This document shows, in pieces, positions 49,007 to 59,173 of a DNA stretch of 64,000 bases. The stretch is taken from positions 95,522 to 159,521 of the forward strand of contig CAISDA010000072.1 of assembly GCA_903884005.1 (NCBI GenBank). The letters run 5' to 3'. Position 1 is the first letter of the stretch, and the number at the start of each line of letters is the position of its first letter. Under the pieces are notes generated by a model. The model was not told the origin of the DNA, did no database searches, and was given only the letters and a program-made list of their open reading frames with translations. This stretch comes from an uncultured Ignavibacteriota bacterium (GTDB taxonomy: Bacteria > Bacteroidota > Ignavibacteria > UBA10030 > UBA8401). A program made the position numbers and the translations under genes.

Positions 49007-49728
49007 TCACTGCACACAAAATACACGCGTTTTCCCGCGTGTTCAGTTTCTACTCCACGGCATTGCTGAAAAATAATTTTGCCCGAATCATGATCGGAGG
49101 CGAGAGCAGTATTCCGTCACCCGCGGCACACGCGCCGACGATATTTTTCGCGAACCATTCGAGCTGGTGGGACGCCATCCTCCCTTTCTATCTTTCGGTC
49201 GGCAGATGGGGGCACGATTCGTACGCAATGATGGACGAGCTTCAGCTCAAAAAATATTTTTTCTTCAGATGGGTCGGCACATTTTCAGTCGATCGCGCTC
49301 ATCCCCGCGAGTCCGTCCGCTCCATCGACTATGCCGCCCACTTGCTGCGCGGCACCAGCCGTTCGCTGTGGATCTATCCGCAGGGCGAACTGCTTCCGAA
49401 CGACACGCGTCCGCTCGCATTTTTCCGCGGGGTCGAACACATCGCGCAGCGGATCGGAACGGTGAATCTGGTGCCCATCGCCTTTCGGTATGAATTTTTA
49501 CAGGAGCAGCGTCCGACGATTTTTATTCGCATCGGTGAGCCTGTGTGCTATGGGACCGGAGATTTTTCGCCGCCTGGTTCGCTGACGCGGACCCTTGCCA
49601 TGCGACTGACGGCGGAAGTGGACACACTGCGGTCTTCCGTTATTGCCGGAGAGACCGGAGAGTATTTTTCTGCGCTGCAGGGCAGGCGTTCGATGAGCGC
49701 CCTATTCGAATCCACCAAACAACGATGA
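49003..49728 (+). CDS. cruD: lysophospholipid acyltransferase-family enzyme, CruD-like carotenoid glycoside acyltransferase candidate
   Basis: PlsC-family HxxxxD motif NHSSWWD; arginine/PEG-like block (FFRWVGTFSVDR…IYPQGE). Translationally coupled to carH (ATGA) and to the next gene (ATGA). Confidence 0.6.
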   Translation: MITAHKIHAFSRVFSFYSTALLKNNFARIMIGGESSIPSPAAHAPTIFFANHSSWWDAILPFYLSVGRWGHDSYAMMDELQLKKYFFFRWVGTFSVDRAHPRESVRSIDYAAHLLRGTSRSLWIYPQGELLPNDTRPLAFFRGVEHIAQRIGTVNLVPIAFRYEFLQEQRPTIFIRIGEPVCYGTGDFSPPGSLTRTLAMRLTAEVDTLRSSVIAGETGEYFSALQGRRSMSALFESTKQR

Positions 49729-50906
49729 CAGACATGTTCACACACTATCTCATGGTCACCACAGCGGTACTCGGCGTTCTACTGCTGCTGACGCTCTGGA
49801 ATGTGTACCTCTTCAGGAAGCGCACGGTCGGCAGAATACCCGACGGCGAGCTGCCGATGATATCCGTGCTCGTGCCCGCGCGCAACGAAGAGAACACCAT
49901 CGAGCGATGCATCTCGTCCCTCCTGAGCCAGGAGTATCCGAAGTTCGAGATCATTGTCCTGGACGATAATTCGACGGACGCGACCGGCTCGATACTCGAC
50001 CGGCTTGAAAAGAGCGAACAGCGGCTGCGCATCGTGCATGGCCGCGCGCTGCCCCGGGGATGGGTCGGGAAATGCTACGCATGCCATCAGCTCGCGGAGC
50101 AGGCGCGGGGTTCCTGGCTGCTTTTTACCGACGCCGACACGGTGCATGAGCCATCCATGCTGAGAGACGCGCTTGAGCTTGCCGTGTCCAGACAGGCCGA
50201 TCTGCTGACGCTCATCCCGCTTCAGACGATGGAGACGTTTGCAGAGAAGCTGATACTGCCTCTGCTTCATTTCAGCGCGTTCGCCATGCTTCCGTTCTAC
50301 GCGGTGGAGCGGGTGCGAAATTCGAAATTCTCGATCGGCATCGGGCAGTTCATGTTCTTTCGTTCGGCCGCGTATGCAGCCGTCGGTGGGCATGAGGCCG
50401 TGAAGAACAACCTCGTCGAAGACGTCTGGCTTGCCAGAAAGATCAAAGAGCACGGACTGCACCTGGTCGCAGCGGACGGCAGACCGATGGTCTCATGCCG
50501 CATGTATACGCGTTGGACCGAGGTATGGAACGGTTTTTCAAAAAATATATTTGCGGGATTTAATTTTTCACTCCCCGCCATGGCGGCGGTCATGACGATG
50601 TATGCGGCCCTCTTCGTCGCTCCCTTCATTGTATTTGCATCAGGAATCGTGCGCGGAGACCTCACTGCGCTTCAGGCATCGCTGCTTGCATCACAGGTAG
50701 TGATGAATTACGCGATGAGGATCGTGTTGTCGGTGAAATTCAGGCTGGGCATTCTCTCGACGATCCTTCATCCGTTCGGCGTGCTCGGCGTCATTGCCAT
50801 TGCGGTAAATTCCTGGCGATGGATCGCTCACGGCAGCGGAGCCCGGTGGAAGGACCGGATCTACGCACATCATCCGGCCTCAGCGCCCGCAACGGAACAG
50901 GAATAA
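49725..50906 (+). CDS. cruC: family-2 glycosyltransferase, CruC-like carotenoid 1'-hydroxyl glycosyltransferase candidate
   Basis: N-terminal TM; GT-A fold MISVLVPARNEE…IIVLDDNSTDAT…FTDADT (DxD); C-terminal multi-TM region. Start at MTDMF, overlapping the cruD stop. Confidence 0.6.
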   Translation: MTDMFTHYLMVTTAVLGVLLLLTLWNVYLFRKRTVGRIPDGELPMISVLVPARNEENTIERCISSLLSQEYPKFEIIVLDDNSTDATGSILDRLEKSEQRLRIVHGRALPRGWVGKCYACHQLAEQARGSWLLFTDADTVHEPSMLRDALELAVSRQADLLTLIPLQTMETFAEKLILPLLHFSAFAMLPFYAVERVRNSKFSIGIGQFMFFRSAAYAAVGGHEAVKNNLVEDVWLARKIKEHGLHLVAADGRPMVSCRMYTRWTEVWNGFSKNIFAGFNFSLPAMAAVMTMYAALFVAPFIVFASGIVRGDLTALQASLLASQVVMNYAMRIVLSVKFRLGILSTILHPFGVLGVIAIAVNSWRWIAHGSGARWKDRIYAHHPASAPATEQE

Positions 50907-50909
50907 CGT

Positions 50910-51464
50910 ATGACAGCATCGATGCTGATTTTCGCTTTTCTCGCTGCCGCTCCGGACATGTTCACGATCCACGCCGAAGTGGCGGACAGCATTACACTGA
51001 ACGCACAGTGCGTGAGGGTCAGGAGCTATCTGAATGATCCAAATGTCTTCCGCCGTCATTTTCCCGGCATCCTCAACATACGGCAGATCAACGCCACGCA
51101 AAGCGAATGGACGTACGAGCTCAAGCCCCCGCTCTCCAGCGCCAGGCGGACCGCCTATATCGTGACCGAGCGTGAAGCAGACATCAACACCGTGATCTTC
51201 GAGACCGATGCCGGCACGAACGATTATATGTATTGCCGGGCTCAGATCCTTCCGGCTTGCGACACCACAACACGGCTGACGCTCGAACTCAGGCTTCAGA
51301 GTTCGCGCGAACACGGCAGCGCCTTCCATTTTCTTGCGCCGGTGCTCGGCCAAAACTTTATCAGCGCGCGCATGCGCGACCAGCTGAAATCCGATATCAC
51401 AGTGTTCTTCAAGCGGATCAACGATGAACTCGAGTCTTTTTCTGCATCTTCACATCGGCCATAA
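50910..51464 (+). CDS. hypothetical secreted protein embedded in the carotenoid operon (possible SRPBCC-like lipid/carotenoid-binding fold)
   Basis: Signal peptide MTASMLIFAFLAAAPDMFTIHA; about 160-aa mature domain with no catalytic motifs; 4 bp after the cruC stop. Confidence 0.4.
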   Translation: MTASMLIFAFLAAAPDMFTIHAEVADSITLNAQCVRVRSYLNDPNVFRRHFPGILNIRQINATQSEWTYELKPPLSSARRTAYIVTEREADINTVIFETDAGTNDYMYCRAQILPACDTTTRLTLELRLQSSREHGSAFHFLAPVLGQNFISARMRDQLKSDITVFFKRINDELESFSASSHRP

Positions 51465-52215
51465 GGCGCTTCGCGTGCCGGCAGCTGCAGTAAGCGTGCT
51501 GCTTGCAGTGATGTTCCCCGTCGGCATCATCGGCATGGCAAGCGGCATGCTCGCCAAACAGCATCTATGGACGGCGAGCCTCTTTCTCGGTGTTCAGGCG
51601 GCGCTCACATTCGTGGTGCTCTGGGACGCAGCATCCTTCGTACGCGCGCTGCTGATCACGGTCATGATCGGGACGGCGGCGGCGGCCGTCGAATTTGTCG
51701 GCCTTGCGACAGGATTTCCGTTCGGGAGCTACTACTATTCGTACAATCTTGAACCGTTCGTCGTGTCGAATGTGCCGCTGGCGATCGTTTTTGCCTGGTA
51801 TATTTTGTCAGTGAACATTGTGCTGCTCTACCGCACGGGTACCCCCGGCATCGATGGCTCAGGTATGAAAATTGTAGCGGGGGGACTTCTGCTGCTCGGC
51901 ATCGATATCATGCTCGAACCGTTCGCCTCGTTCGTGAACCGGTACTGGACGTGGGCTGGGGGTGTTATTCCCATGCAAAATTATACGGCGTGGTTCGTCA
52001 TCGGCACGCTCTTCATTGCCGCCGTCCATGCCGCACTACCCCGGCAGAAGACAGCTCAGGCGGCCGGCGGTATTCGCCTTCCCGATGCGATGCTCATGAT
52101 GACCGCCGCCCAATGCGCGATCATCAACACACTCAATGGATATTGGATCGCGACAGCCGCGGGCATATCCATTGCGGCTGCGGCATATTGGAGGCTGCGC
52201 CATGGCCGCGTATGA
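51424..52215 (+). CDS. cruF: polytopic membrane protein, CruF-like (carotenoid 1,2-hydratase / Caroten_synth family) candidate
   Basis: 263 aa, 7-8 TM helices, Trp/Tyr-rich loops (WTWAGG, NYTAWF). Position between the GT/acyltransferase and cyclase genes. Start uncertain (alternative ATG at 51511). Confidence 0.45.
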   Translation: MNSSLFLHLHIGHKALRVPAAAVSVLLAVMFPVGIIGMASGMLAKQHLWTASLFLGVQAALTFVVLWDAASFVRALLITVMIGTAAAAVEFVGLATGFPFGSYYYSYNLEPFVVSNVPLAIVFAWYILSVNIVLLYRTGTPGIDGSGMKIVAGGLLLLGIDIMLEPFASFVNRYWTWAGGVIPMQNYTAWFVIGTLFIAAVHAALPRQKTAQAAGGIRLPDAMLMMTAAQCAIINTLNGYWIATAAGISIAAAAYWRLRHGRV

Positions 52216-52516
52216 ATATTTTTTTATTCTCATTGTGACGCTTGCCGGCCCTCTTGCATTGAGCACGAGCAGGAAGCTGGCATTGTACAAACGGCCGGTG
52301 CGCCTGCTCGCAGCGATCGGACTGCCGCTCCCCTTCTTCATCCTGTGGGACATGATAGCGGCACATCGGGGATACTGGAATTTCAATCCGGAATACATTA
52401 CGGGAATCATGGTGTGTAATTTGCCGGTTGAAGAAGTGCTTTTCTTCATCGTGATCCCCTTCGCCGCGCTCTTCACATGGGAGAGCGTGAAATATTTTTT
52501 ACGACAGTCGCCATGA
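52202..52516 (+). CDS. crtYc: lycopene cyclase domain protein (heterodimeric CrtYc-type subunit)
   Basis: About 104 aa, 3 TM. Start at MAAYEYFFILIVTLAG; PxEE-like motif NLPVEEVLFFIVIPF typical of the lycopene-cyclase domain. Confidence 0.7.
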   Translation: MAAYEYFFILIVTLAGPLALSTSRKLALYKRPVRLLAAIGLPLPFFILWDMIAAHRGYWNFNPEYITGIMVCNLPVEEVLFFIVIPFAALFTWESVKYFLRQSP

Positions 52517-52866
52517 AAGAATATACGATCACTGCCATCATCGGTGCGGTCATCGCACTCGCCGCAGACAGGGCGCTGGGAACCCGCCTGACATCAGGCC
52601 GCACGTTCTGGATATTCTGGATCGTCATGGCAGGGTTCACGACGCTCGTGAACGGCTATCTTACATGGCGTCCCATCGTCCGTTACGGAAATGAATTTTT
52701 CCTCGGAGTCCGGATCTTCACCATTCCCGTGGAAGATTATGTCTTTGGATTCGCATTGATCACGATGAATCTTGTCATTTGGGAATTTCTGTCCATCAGG
52801 CGAAACACACGGCCCGTGAGCGCGCGCCGCAGACTTCCACATCCACCCGAACATCAGAACGGATAA
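52513..52866 (+). CDS. crtYd: lycopene cyclase domain protein (CrtYd-type subunit)
   Basis: About 117 aa, 3 TM. Start MKEYTITAIIGAV overlaps the crtYc stop (ATGA). Motif IPVEDYVFGFALI. Confidence 0.7.
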   Translation: MKEYTITAIIGAVIALAADRALGTRLTSGRTFWIFWIVMAGFTTLVNGYLTWRPIVRYGNEFFLGVRIFTIPVEDYVFGFALITMNLVIWEFLSIRRNTRPVSARRRLPHPPEHQNG

Positions 52867-52872
52867 CAGCAC

Positions 52873-54354
52873 ATGCCTTCACATGCGAAAAAGATCATCG
52901 TCATCGGAAGCGGCTTCGGAGGCCTCGCTGCAGCCATCAGGCTCGCCGCACAGGGACACGACGTCGAACTCTTCGAACAGCGCGATCAGCTCGGCGGGCG
53001 TGCGTACGTCTACCGACAGGACGGATTCACATTCGACGGCGGCCCCACCGTGATCACCGCCCCCTTCATGCTCGATGAGCTGTTTTCGCTTGCCGGAAAA
53101 AAAACATCGGACTACATCACGCTGAAGCCTCTGTCTCCTTTTTACAGGATCTTTAACCACGAAGGGCGCGCCTTCGACTACAACGACAACGCCGAATTCA
53201 CTCTCGGACAGATAGAGAAGTGGAACCCTGCAGACAAGGAAGGGTATACAAAATTTATCGCGAGCACGAAGGCGATCTTCCAAAAGGGATTTGTAGAACT
53301 GTCGGACAAACCGTTCCTGCATTTTTCAGACATGATGAAAGTGGTTCCCGATCTGCTGCGGCTTCAGTCGCACAAATCGGTGTACAGGTATGTCTCGCAG
53401 TTTATTGACAACGATTTTTTGCGGCAGGTATTTTCATTCCATCCCCTGCTTGTGGGCGGGAATCCATTTTCCACCACATCGATCTATGCGCTCATCCATT
53501 ATCTCGAACGCGAGTGGGGAGTTCACTATGCAATGGGCGGAACGGGCACGATCGTGGCCGGGCTGGCGAAATTGTTCGGCGAACTCGGAGGGAAGGTCCG
53601 TCTGAACGCGAAGATCGAAGAATTGCTCATCACTGACCGGCGCGTGACAGGCGTGCGCCTGGCCTCGGGCGAGGTGTTCATGGCGGAGATCGTCGTGTCG
53701 AATGCCGATGTCGCATCGACATACAGGTCGCTCGTTCCCGAGCGGCATCGGCGCACATGGACCAACAGAAAGATCGATTCGCTCACGTATAGCATGTCGC
53801 TTTTCGTGCTCTATTTTGGAACGAAGCGGCGCTATACCGGCACCGGGTTGGCGCACCACAACATCATCCTTGGTAACAGGTACAAGGAATTATTGACGGA
53901 CATCTTCGACAGGAAGATACTGGCCGACGATTTTTCGCTCTATCTGCACATGCCGACGCTCACCGATCCGTCGCTGGCTCCCGAGGGGCACGAGGCGTTT
54001 TATGTCCTCTCTCCCGTGCCTCACCTTGGTGCGGACATCGACTGGAGCGTGACGGGGCCGCAGTACAGGAATCGGATCGTTCGTTTCCTGGAGAAGAACT
54101 ATCTTCCCGGCCTTGAAGCGAACATCGTGACAGAGCGATACATCGACCCGACGCATTTCCGCGATACGTTGAGCAGCCATATGGGAGCGGCTTTTTCGGT
54201 CGCCCCGATTTTAACACAGTCAGCATGGTTCAGGCCCCACAACAGGTCTGAGGAATTCGACAACCTCTACCTCGTCGGAGCGGGGACGCACCCGGGCGCG
54301 GGACTGCCGGGAGTGCTGTCGTCGGCGGCGATCGTCGGAAATTTAATTGGATAA
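52873..54354 (+). CDS. crtI: phytoene desaturase (CrtI family)
   Basis: 493 aa. N-terminal FAD dinucleotide fold [30 protein letters not shown]; C-terminal [15 protein letters not shown]. Confidence 0.85.
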   Translation: MPSHAKKIIVIGSGFGGLAAAIRLAAQGHDVELFEQRDQLGGRAYVYRQDGFTFDGGPTVITAPFMLDELFSLAGKKTSDYITLKPLSPFYRIFNHEGRAFDYNDNAEFTLGQIEKWNPADKEGYTKFIASTKAIFQKGFVELSDKPFLHFSDMMKVVPDLLRLQSHKSVYRYVSQFIDNDFLRQVFSFHPLLVGGNPFSTTSIYALIHYLEREWGVHYAMGGTGTIVAGLAKLFGELGGKVRLNAKIEELLITDRRVTGVRLASGEVFMAEIVVSNADVASTYRSLVPERHRRTWTNRKIDSLTYSMSLFVLYFGTKRRYTGTGLAHHNIILGNRYKELLTDIFDRKILADDFSLYLHMPTLTDPSLAPEGHEAFYVLSPVPHLGADIDWSVTGPQYRNRIVRFLEKNYLPGLEANIVTERYIDPTHFRDTLSSHMGAAFSVAPILTQSAWFRPHNRSEEFDNLYLVGAGTHPGAGLPGVLSSAAIVGNLIG

Positions 54355-54367
54355 TTGGGAGGATACG

Positions 54368-55321
54368 ATGGCAAACACAATCATGAACAGCACCGCGGAG
54401 TCATTGCTCGAGTTCGACTTCGAGCAATGCCGGCTCTACACGCGCCATCACGCGAAAAGTTTTTATTTCTCTTCATTCCTGCTGCCGGCCGAAAAACGCG
54501 CGGCGGCGTTCGCCGTGTATGCCTTTTGCCGGTGCGCGGACGATCTTGTCGATGCTGCGGGGGACAGCGGCCTCGCATCGATACACACAAATATCGACAC
54601 GTTGAGCGCCGCGCTCGATGCGGTGTACGAGCCGTCGTTCTTGGCGCGCCATCCTCGTTCGGCGTTCGGACAGACGGTGCAGCGCTATGCGATACCCAAG
54701 GTATACTTCAACGAACTCATTGCAGGCGTCTCGATGGACCTGACAACATTCCAGTACGAGACGTATGCAGAGCTCGAGCGTTATTGTTACCGCGTCGCCT
54801 CGGTGGTGGGTCTCATGATGACGAGGGTGTTCGGCTCGACGGATACCGCGGCACTTCTCTACGCGGCGGAGCTGGGAACGGCAATGCAGTTGACGAACAT
54901 CCTGCGCGACATACGGACCGACCTGGACCTGTCCCGCATCTATCTCCCGCAGGAAGACCTGCTGGCATTTCAGTACACCGAAGCAGAAATGAAGGCGCAT
55001 GTTATCAATGACAGGTTCATTGCGCTGATGCGGTTCGAGATCCACCGCGCGCGCGCGCTCTACGCGAGCGCCGAACGCGGCATTCCCTATTTGACCGACG
55101 ACGGATCCCGGACAGCGGCAGCGGCCATGGGCAAAATTTACTCTTCCATTCTCGATGAGATAGAAAAACATCACTATGATATTTTTTCCGAACGCCGGTA
55201 TGTCGGCACGTCCCGTAAAATCGCGCTTGCGGCGGGCTGTCTGCTCAGCCCTGTTCAGGGCGGGCGGCGGGCTTTAAAATATAAAAGGGACCAGCGCTCC
55301 GACATTCTGGTCCCTTTATGA
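54368..55321 (+). CDS. crtB: phytoene synthase
   Basis: Start MANTIMNS, 7 nt after a GGGAGGA SD. Squalene/phytoene synthase motifs YAFCRCADDLVD and …LTNILRDIRTDL…. Confidence 0.85.
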   Translation: MANTIMNSTAESLLEFDFEQCRLYTRHHAKSFYFSSFLLPAEKRAAAFAVYAFCRCADDLVDAAGDSGLASIHTNIDTLSAALDAVYEPSFLARHPRSAFGQTVQRYAIPKVYFNELIAGVSMDLTTFQYETYAELERYCYRVASVVGLMMTRVFGSTDTAALLYAAELGTAMQLTNILRDIRTDLDLSRIYLPQEDLLAFQYTEAEMKAHVINDRFIALMRFEIHRARALYASAERGIPYLTDDGSRTAAAAMGKIYSSILDEIEKHHYDIFSERRYVGTSRKIALAAGCLLSPVQGGRRALKYKRDQRSDILVPL

Positions 55322-55335
55322 CAACGGAATCTTGA

Positions 55336-58011
55336 TTACTTCATAAGGAGCATCTTCCTGACCATGCTCGACGAGCCGGCTTGAACGCGATAGAAATAGA
55401 CGCCCGACGGCATTGCCGCCGCATTCCATTCGATCGTCGAAGAACCCGCATTCATCTGGCGATTCACGAGTGTCGTTACTTCACGGCCGAGCAGGTCGTA
55501 CACTTTTACGCTCACAAGCTGGGCCATGGGAAGCGTGATTTGGAACTTCGTCGATGGGTTGAACGGATTGGGATAGTTCTGCCCGACGGTAAAGGTTGAC
55601 GGAACAACAGTGGTTGCCTGCGTTTGAACACTCGTCACAACCTGCACCGCATCGAGCGAGAATGACGGCAGCACCACTCCCATTGTGTTCCCGCCTGTTG
55701 TATAGGACGGGTTGGCGGACTGTGAGAGAGCCAACGAGGAAGTCGACGTATATCCCGGTTTGTCGACGGACACCGTGTATGCCCCAGGCGCCAAGCCGAG
55801 GATGGCATAATTGCCGTTATTATCGGACACGCCATAACCGGCCGGCTCACCCGTGATTTTATCTTTTGCGAATACAAGCGCTCCGGCCAGACCGAACGAT
55901 TTGCCGTTGACGGTGGATTTGGTCGTACCGATGATCCACGTGAATCCGCCCTTTGTGGCAGAAATTGACCTCACGATGATGTCGATACCCGAGATGCTCT
56001 TGCCGCTGTCCACAACCACTTTCGACACAGTATTCCATTTGCCGTCGATCTGTACACCGCCTGTGTAATACGCAGGAGCGTAGTTGCCGACGGGGACTGC
56101 CATGACGATGTAGCTGCCCGGCAACAATTCGGCAAACGAATATTTACCCGTTGAATCCGTATCGGTAAAATATGCCTTCGCCATCTTGTAACCATCAGCC
56201 ATAGTCCACTGATCGCGGTATGCGATGACGCGGGCGCGCACGCCGACATCTTTCACTGTATCCACGACCGCACCCGTCATCGTGCTCAGCGGAATCGGCG
56301 GCAGCGGCGCAAGCGTGAAATTGATATTCGCACTATCCGCACTTAGTTTCATGATATCGGCAGAGAGCAGGTCCGCATGTTCCTTAAAGAACTCGGCTGC
56401 ATATCCCGGTGCGCGCGCCAATGCGATGTATGATCCCTGGGGAATCTTCAGCGAATATCTGCCCAGCGAATCGACGCCTGTCCGGAATGTAAATTTAGAG
56501 CCGCCTTCGATGCGGAAATCGGTCGCATTGTCGTATTGGAAGAACTGTTTGAAATTGTCGATGGTCACATCGGTCGTGGACGTGCTCGAATTCAGCGCGA
56601 AGTCTGCGCGGACGAATGTCACCTGCGTATTTTTCCCGTTCACGGGAATCAGCATCGTATCGCGAACGGTTCCTTTGACGATAAAATATTTCGTTGTATC
56701 GGCCACGCGGCTAAGGAGTATCAAATTCGCAACGCTATAGGATGTTGGTAAGACAGAATCACTCACAGGGATTGGAGTGGCGTTATCCGCATTATTCTGT
56801 CCGTTATACCATTGTCCGATAAAATCGGCGGTCGATGGGATCGCCTGCAGAATGTATGTGCCCGGATCGATCTTTGAGAACCGGTATTCACCTGTTGTGT
56901 TCGTCACTGTGGAGTAATTGATATGCGAATCGCGGTCGCGCTGCATAATTTGAATAATGACCTTTGCAAGGGGGTTGCCCTTCGTATCCGTCACTTTCCC
57001 CTGCACGATGCCGCCGACACTGCTCGCCACGGATATTGTAAAGTCCTGTGTCGCCTGGCCATTTTTATCAGACGTCACCGTAATGTGCACCGAATACATC
57101 CCTTTCACTTTCGGCGTCCACTCCAGCCAAAATGCGCCGGCTGACTCCTTCAGTGTCATTCCGCTGGGAGTCGATTTATCGAGCGTATATGTCAGCTTCG
57201 CCGTCGCATCGGATGACTTCGCCGCCACTTTCGCAGCGTACGGAACATTGATCTGGGCTGTGGTGACAGGAACCGATACGAATGTGATCACGTCTTTTTG
57301 CACGACGACCGTCAGCACCACGCTCGCGCTCGTGCTTTGGAGCGAACCGGTGGGGAGTTTCGCAACGATGTAGTACGTGAACAGATTTTTACCCCAATCA
57401 CCCGGACCATAGCCGCTGCTTGTCATGCTGCCGGATGTGGCGCTCAGAGGCGGTTTATCGGTGGCGGTGAGTCCTGTGGTAGAATCGATTTTTTGGAAGG
57501 CAGAAAAAATGCCACCGTACCGATAGACATAGTATTTCACGACAGAGTCGACCGGCGGCTTGGTCCATTGCAGTTTCACCGTTGTGGCGGCCGCATCCAC
57601 CGTTGCATCGAGCCTGAAAGAGCCGATGGCCGGGATGCCGGCAATTTGCACAAGCAGGACATTGCTTGTCAAGAGCGCCCCGGTGGCCGGTTTGCCCACG
57701 ACGTAATACGAATATTTCGACACTGCCACGAATGTTATCGGCAGCATGTCCGTGTATGCCGTATCTTTGGTTCCGGCGATCTTGACGGCCTTCGCTGTAT
57801 TATCGCCTTCGGCGCGATAGACAAAGAATGAATCGACCTTGACGCCAATAGGCCGTGTCCATGCCAGGCGCACAGAACCGCTCATCTCTATCTTCACCGC
57901 CATCAATTTTATGGGCGTTGTCGGCGTTGACTGCGTGTGTGCCACGCTCAGAGCCAGCATTGTGATAACGATCATCGACAGCCACCGCATGGTAATCCGT
58001 CTCGCGTTCAT
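55336..58011 (-). CDS. large secreted protein with Ig/FN3-like and CarboxypepD_reg-like domains and a T9SS C-terminal sorting domain
   Basis: 891 aa. Signal peptide MNARRITMRWLSMIVITMLALSVAHTQ. C-terminal …GQNYPNPFNPSTKFQITLP…GVYFYRVQAG…KMLLMK. Confidence 0.7.
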   Translation of the reverse strand: MNARRITMRWLSMIVITMLALSVAHTQSTPTTPIKLMAVKIEMSGSVRLAWTRPIGVKVDSFFVYRAEGDNTAKAVKIAGTKDTAYTDMLPITFVAVSKYSYYVVGKPATGALLTSNVLLVQIAGIPAIGSFRLDATVDAAATTVKLQWTKPPVDSVVKYYVYRYGGIFSAFQKIDSTTGLTATDKPPLSATSGSMTSSGYGPGDWGKNLFTYYIVAKLPTGSLQSTSASVVLTVVVQKDVITFVSVPVTTAQINVPYAAKVAAKSSDATAKLTYTLDKSTPSGMTLKESAGAFWLEWTPKVKGMYSVHITVTSDKNGQATQDFTISVASSVGGIVQGKVTDTKGNPLAKVIIQIMQRDRDSHINYSTVTNTTGEYRFSKIDPGTYILQAIPSTADFIGQWYNGQNNADNATPIPVSDSVLPTSYSVANLILLSRVADTTKYFIVKGTVRDTMLIPVNGKNTQVTFVRADFALNSSTSTTDVTIDNFKQFFQYDNATDFRIEGGSKFTFRTGVDSLGRYSLKIPQGSYIALARAPGYAAEFFKEHADLLSADIMKLSADSANINFTLAPLPPIPLSTMTGAVVDTVKDVGVRARVIAYRDQWTMADGYKMAKAYFTDTDSTGKYSFAELLPGSYIVMAVPVGNYAPAYYTGGVQIDGKWNTVSKVVVDSGKSISGIDIIVRSISATKGGFTWIIGTTKSTVNGKSFGLAGALVFAKDKITGEPAGYGVSDNNGNYAILGLAPGAYTVSVDKPGYTSTSSLALSQSANPSYTTGGNTMGVVLPSFSLDAVQVVTSVQTQATTVVPSTFTVGQNYPNPFNPSTKFQITLPMAQLVSVKVYDLLGREVTTLVNRQMNAGSSTIEWNAAAMPSGVYFYRVQAGSSSMVRKMLLMK

Positions 58012-58212
58012 AAGTTTCTCCTCGAAAATGTATGTCTGATGGATAATTGCATTAGTATTCAGTATTGCAATCAGTATGCCAAATTATATCGGCTGGAATA
58101 AAGGGTATTATGGGAATTGAGCATCAGAGTGTGCAAAACGTGCATGGGCGCCATGCATACTCTGCGTGCATTGGAAGCGCGGTCAACGCGCCTGCGGCGT
58201 ATTTATTTCCTT

Positions 58213-58296
58213 GAAGTAACGCGCGACAGTTGCATTGGTGCGATGTAGGGCGAGATGTTATCTCGCCCTCAGCGCGAAGCGGTGCTGGTTTTTTCA
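58213..58296 (+). repeat. intergenic repeat family 2, copy B, with hairpin GGGCGAGAT-gtt-ATCTCGCCC (58248-58268) and TTTTTT
   Basis: About 80% identity to 10929-11010. Confidence 0.55.
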
Positions 58297-58318
58297 GCGG
58301 TAGGCACTTAAGCGCTTC

Positions 58319-59170
58319 TCAGAAGCGGATGGCGAGACGAATGCCGGCTTCATCGGGGCGAAGCGACACGACATCGGAATGCGGAAGATACAGGAATGCA
58401 TCGATCTCTGAAAGGAGATAGACTGCAGCGCACGCGATGAGGGAATACGTCCCCGCTTTGGTGAGCCGATTGTAGCGGTCGTATCGGGTGGACGCCTGGT
58501 CCGGCGTAGACGCCGCAAGGTATTCGCTTCGCGCATTCGACCGTTCGATCTCGAACGCGACGGACAAGCTGACGGCGAGCGCGCCTGCCCCGATGAGCGC
58601 ATAGCCTTTGGCGGCGCGCCCCTGATGCGCCTGTTCCCAGCCGGGAAAGACGAGCGTTCGCCACGACACGCCCTCGACCGAGGCCTGACGGATCGGCAGC
58701 AGCGACTCGGGCTCTTTGTGCACGAGAGAACGTTTGAGTTGTTGTGCTTCGATGAACGATGCGAGAATCTTCGGCGACGTGTAGACCGGATCGAGTTCGA
58801 ATGTGGAATCGATGTCGAGTATCACGGTAAAATGTCTGACCGCTGCCTTTGCCTTTCCCTGGGCGACAAGTGCGAATGCAAGATATTGTTCTGCCGCGAC
58901 ATGAAGAGAATCATCGGGAGTCTGTTGTTCCAGAAACCGCCGCGCCTCGACTTCCGCAGCAAGGTAGGCGCCCTTCTCGTATAACGCGCGTATGGCAGTG
59001 ACGGTTGAATCGGTCCCGCCTCGCGTTTGGGCTCCTGCTGCGGCAACGCACAACGACGCCAGCCCGGCAACGATGCACGCGCGGACGATCGACGTCTTGA
59101 ACGCCGCACGTACGCGCGCACGGCATCCGGGTATCACGCTGCGAACATATGTGTGACGACTGGCTGCCAT
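58319..59170 (-). CDS. hypothetical exported protein (TPR-like N-terminal region)
   Basis: 283 aa. Signal-peptide-like IVRACIVAGLASLCVAAAGAQ; helical repeat region; stop is 4 bp from the kinase start. Confidence 0.45.
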   Translation of the reverse strand: MAASRHTYVRSVIPGCRARVRAAFKTSIVRACIVAGLASLCVAAAGAQTRGGTDSTVTAIRALYEKGAYLAAEVEARRFLEQQTPDDSLHVAAEQYLAFALVAQGKAKAAVRHFTVILDIDSTFELDPVYTSPKILASFIEAQQLKRSLVHKEPESLLPIRQASVEGVSWRTLVFPGWEQAHQGRAAKGYALIGAGALAVSLSVAFEIERSNARSEYLAASTPDQASTRYDRYNRLTKAGTYSLIACAAVYLLSEIDAFLYLPHSDVVSLRPDEAGIRLAIRF

Positions 59171-59173
59171 TCG

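Noticed and set aside
49545-49724. ORF-track N-terminal extension of the GT2 gene overlapping cruD by 180 nt
   Set aside because: The internal ATG at 49725 forms an ATGA stop/start overlap with cruD and precedes the first TM helix. The extension is Arg/Cys-rich and antisense-like.
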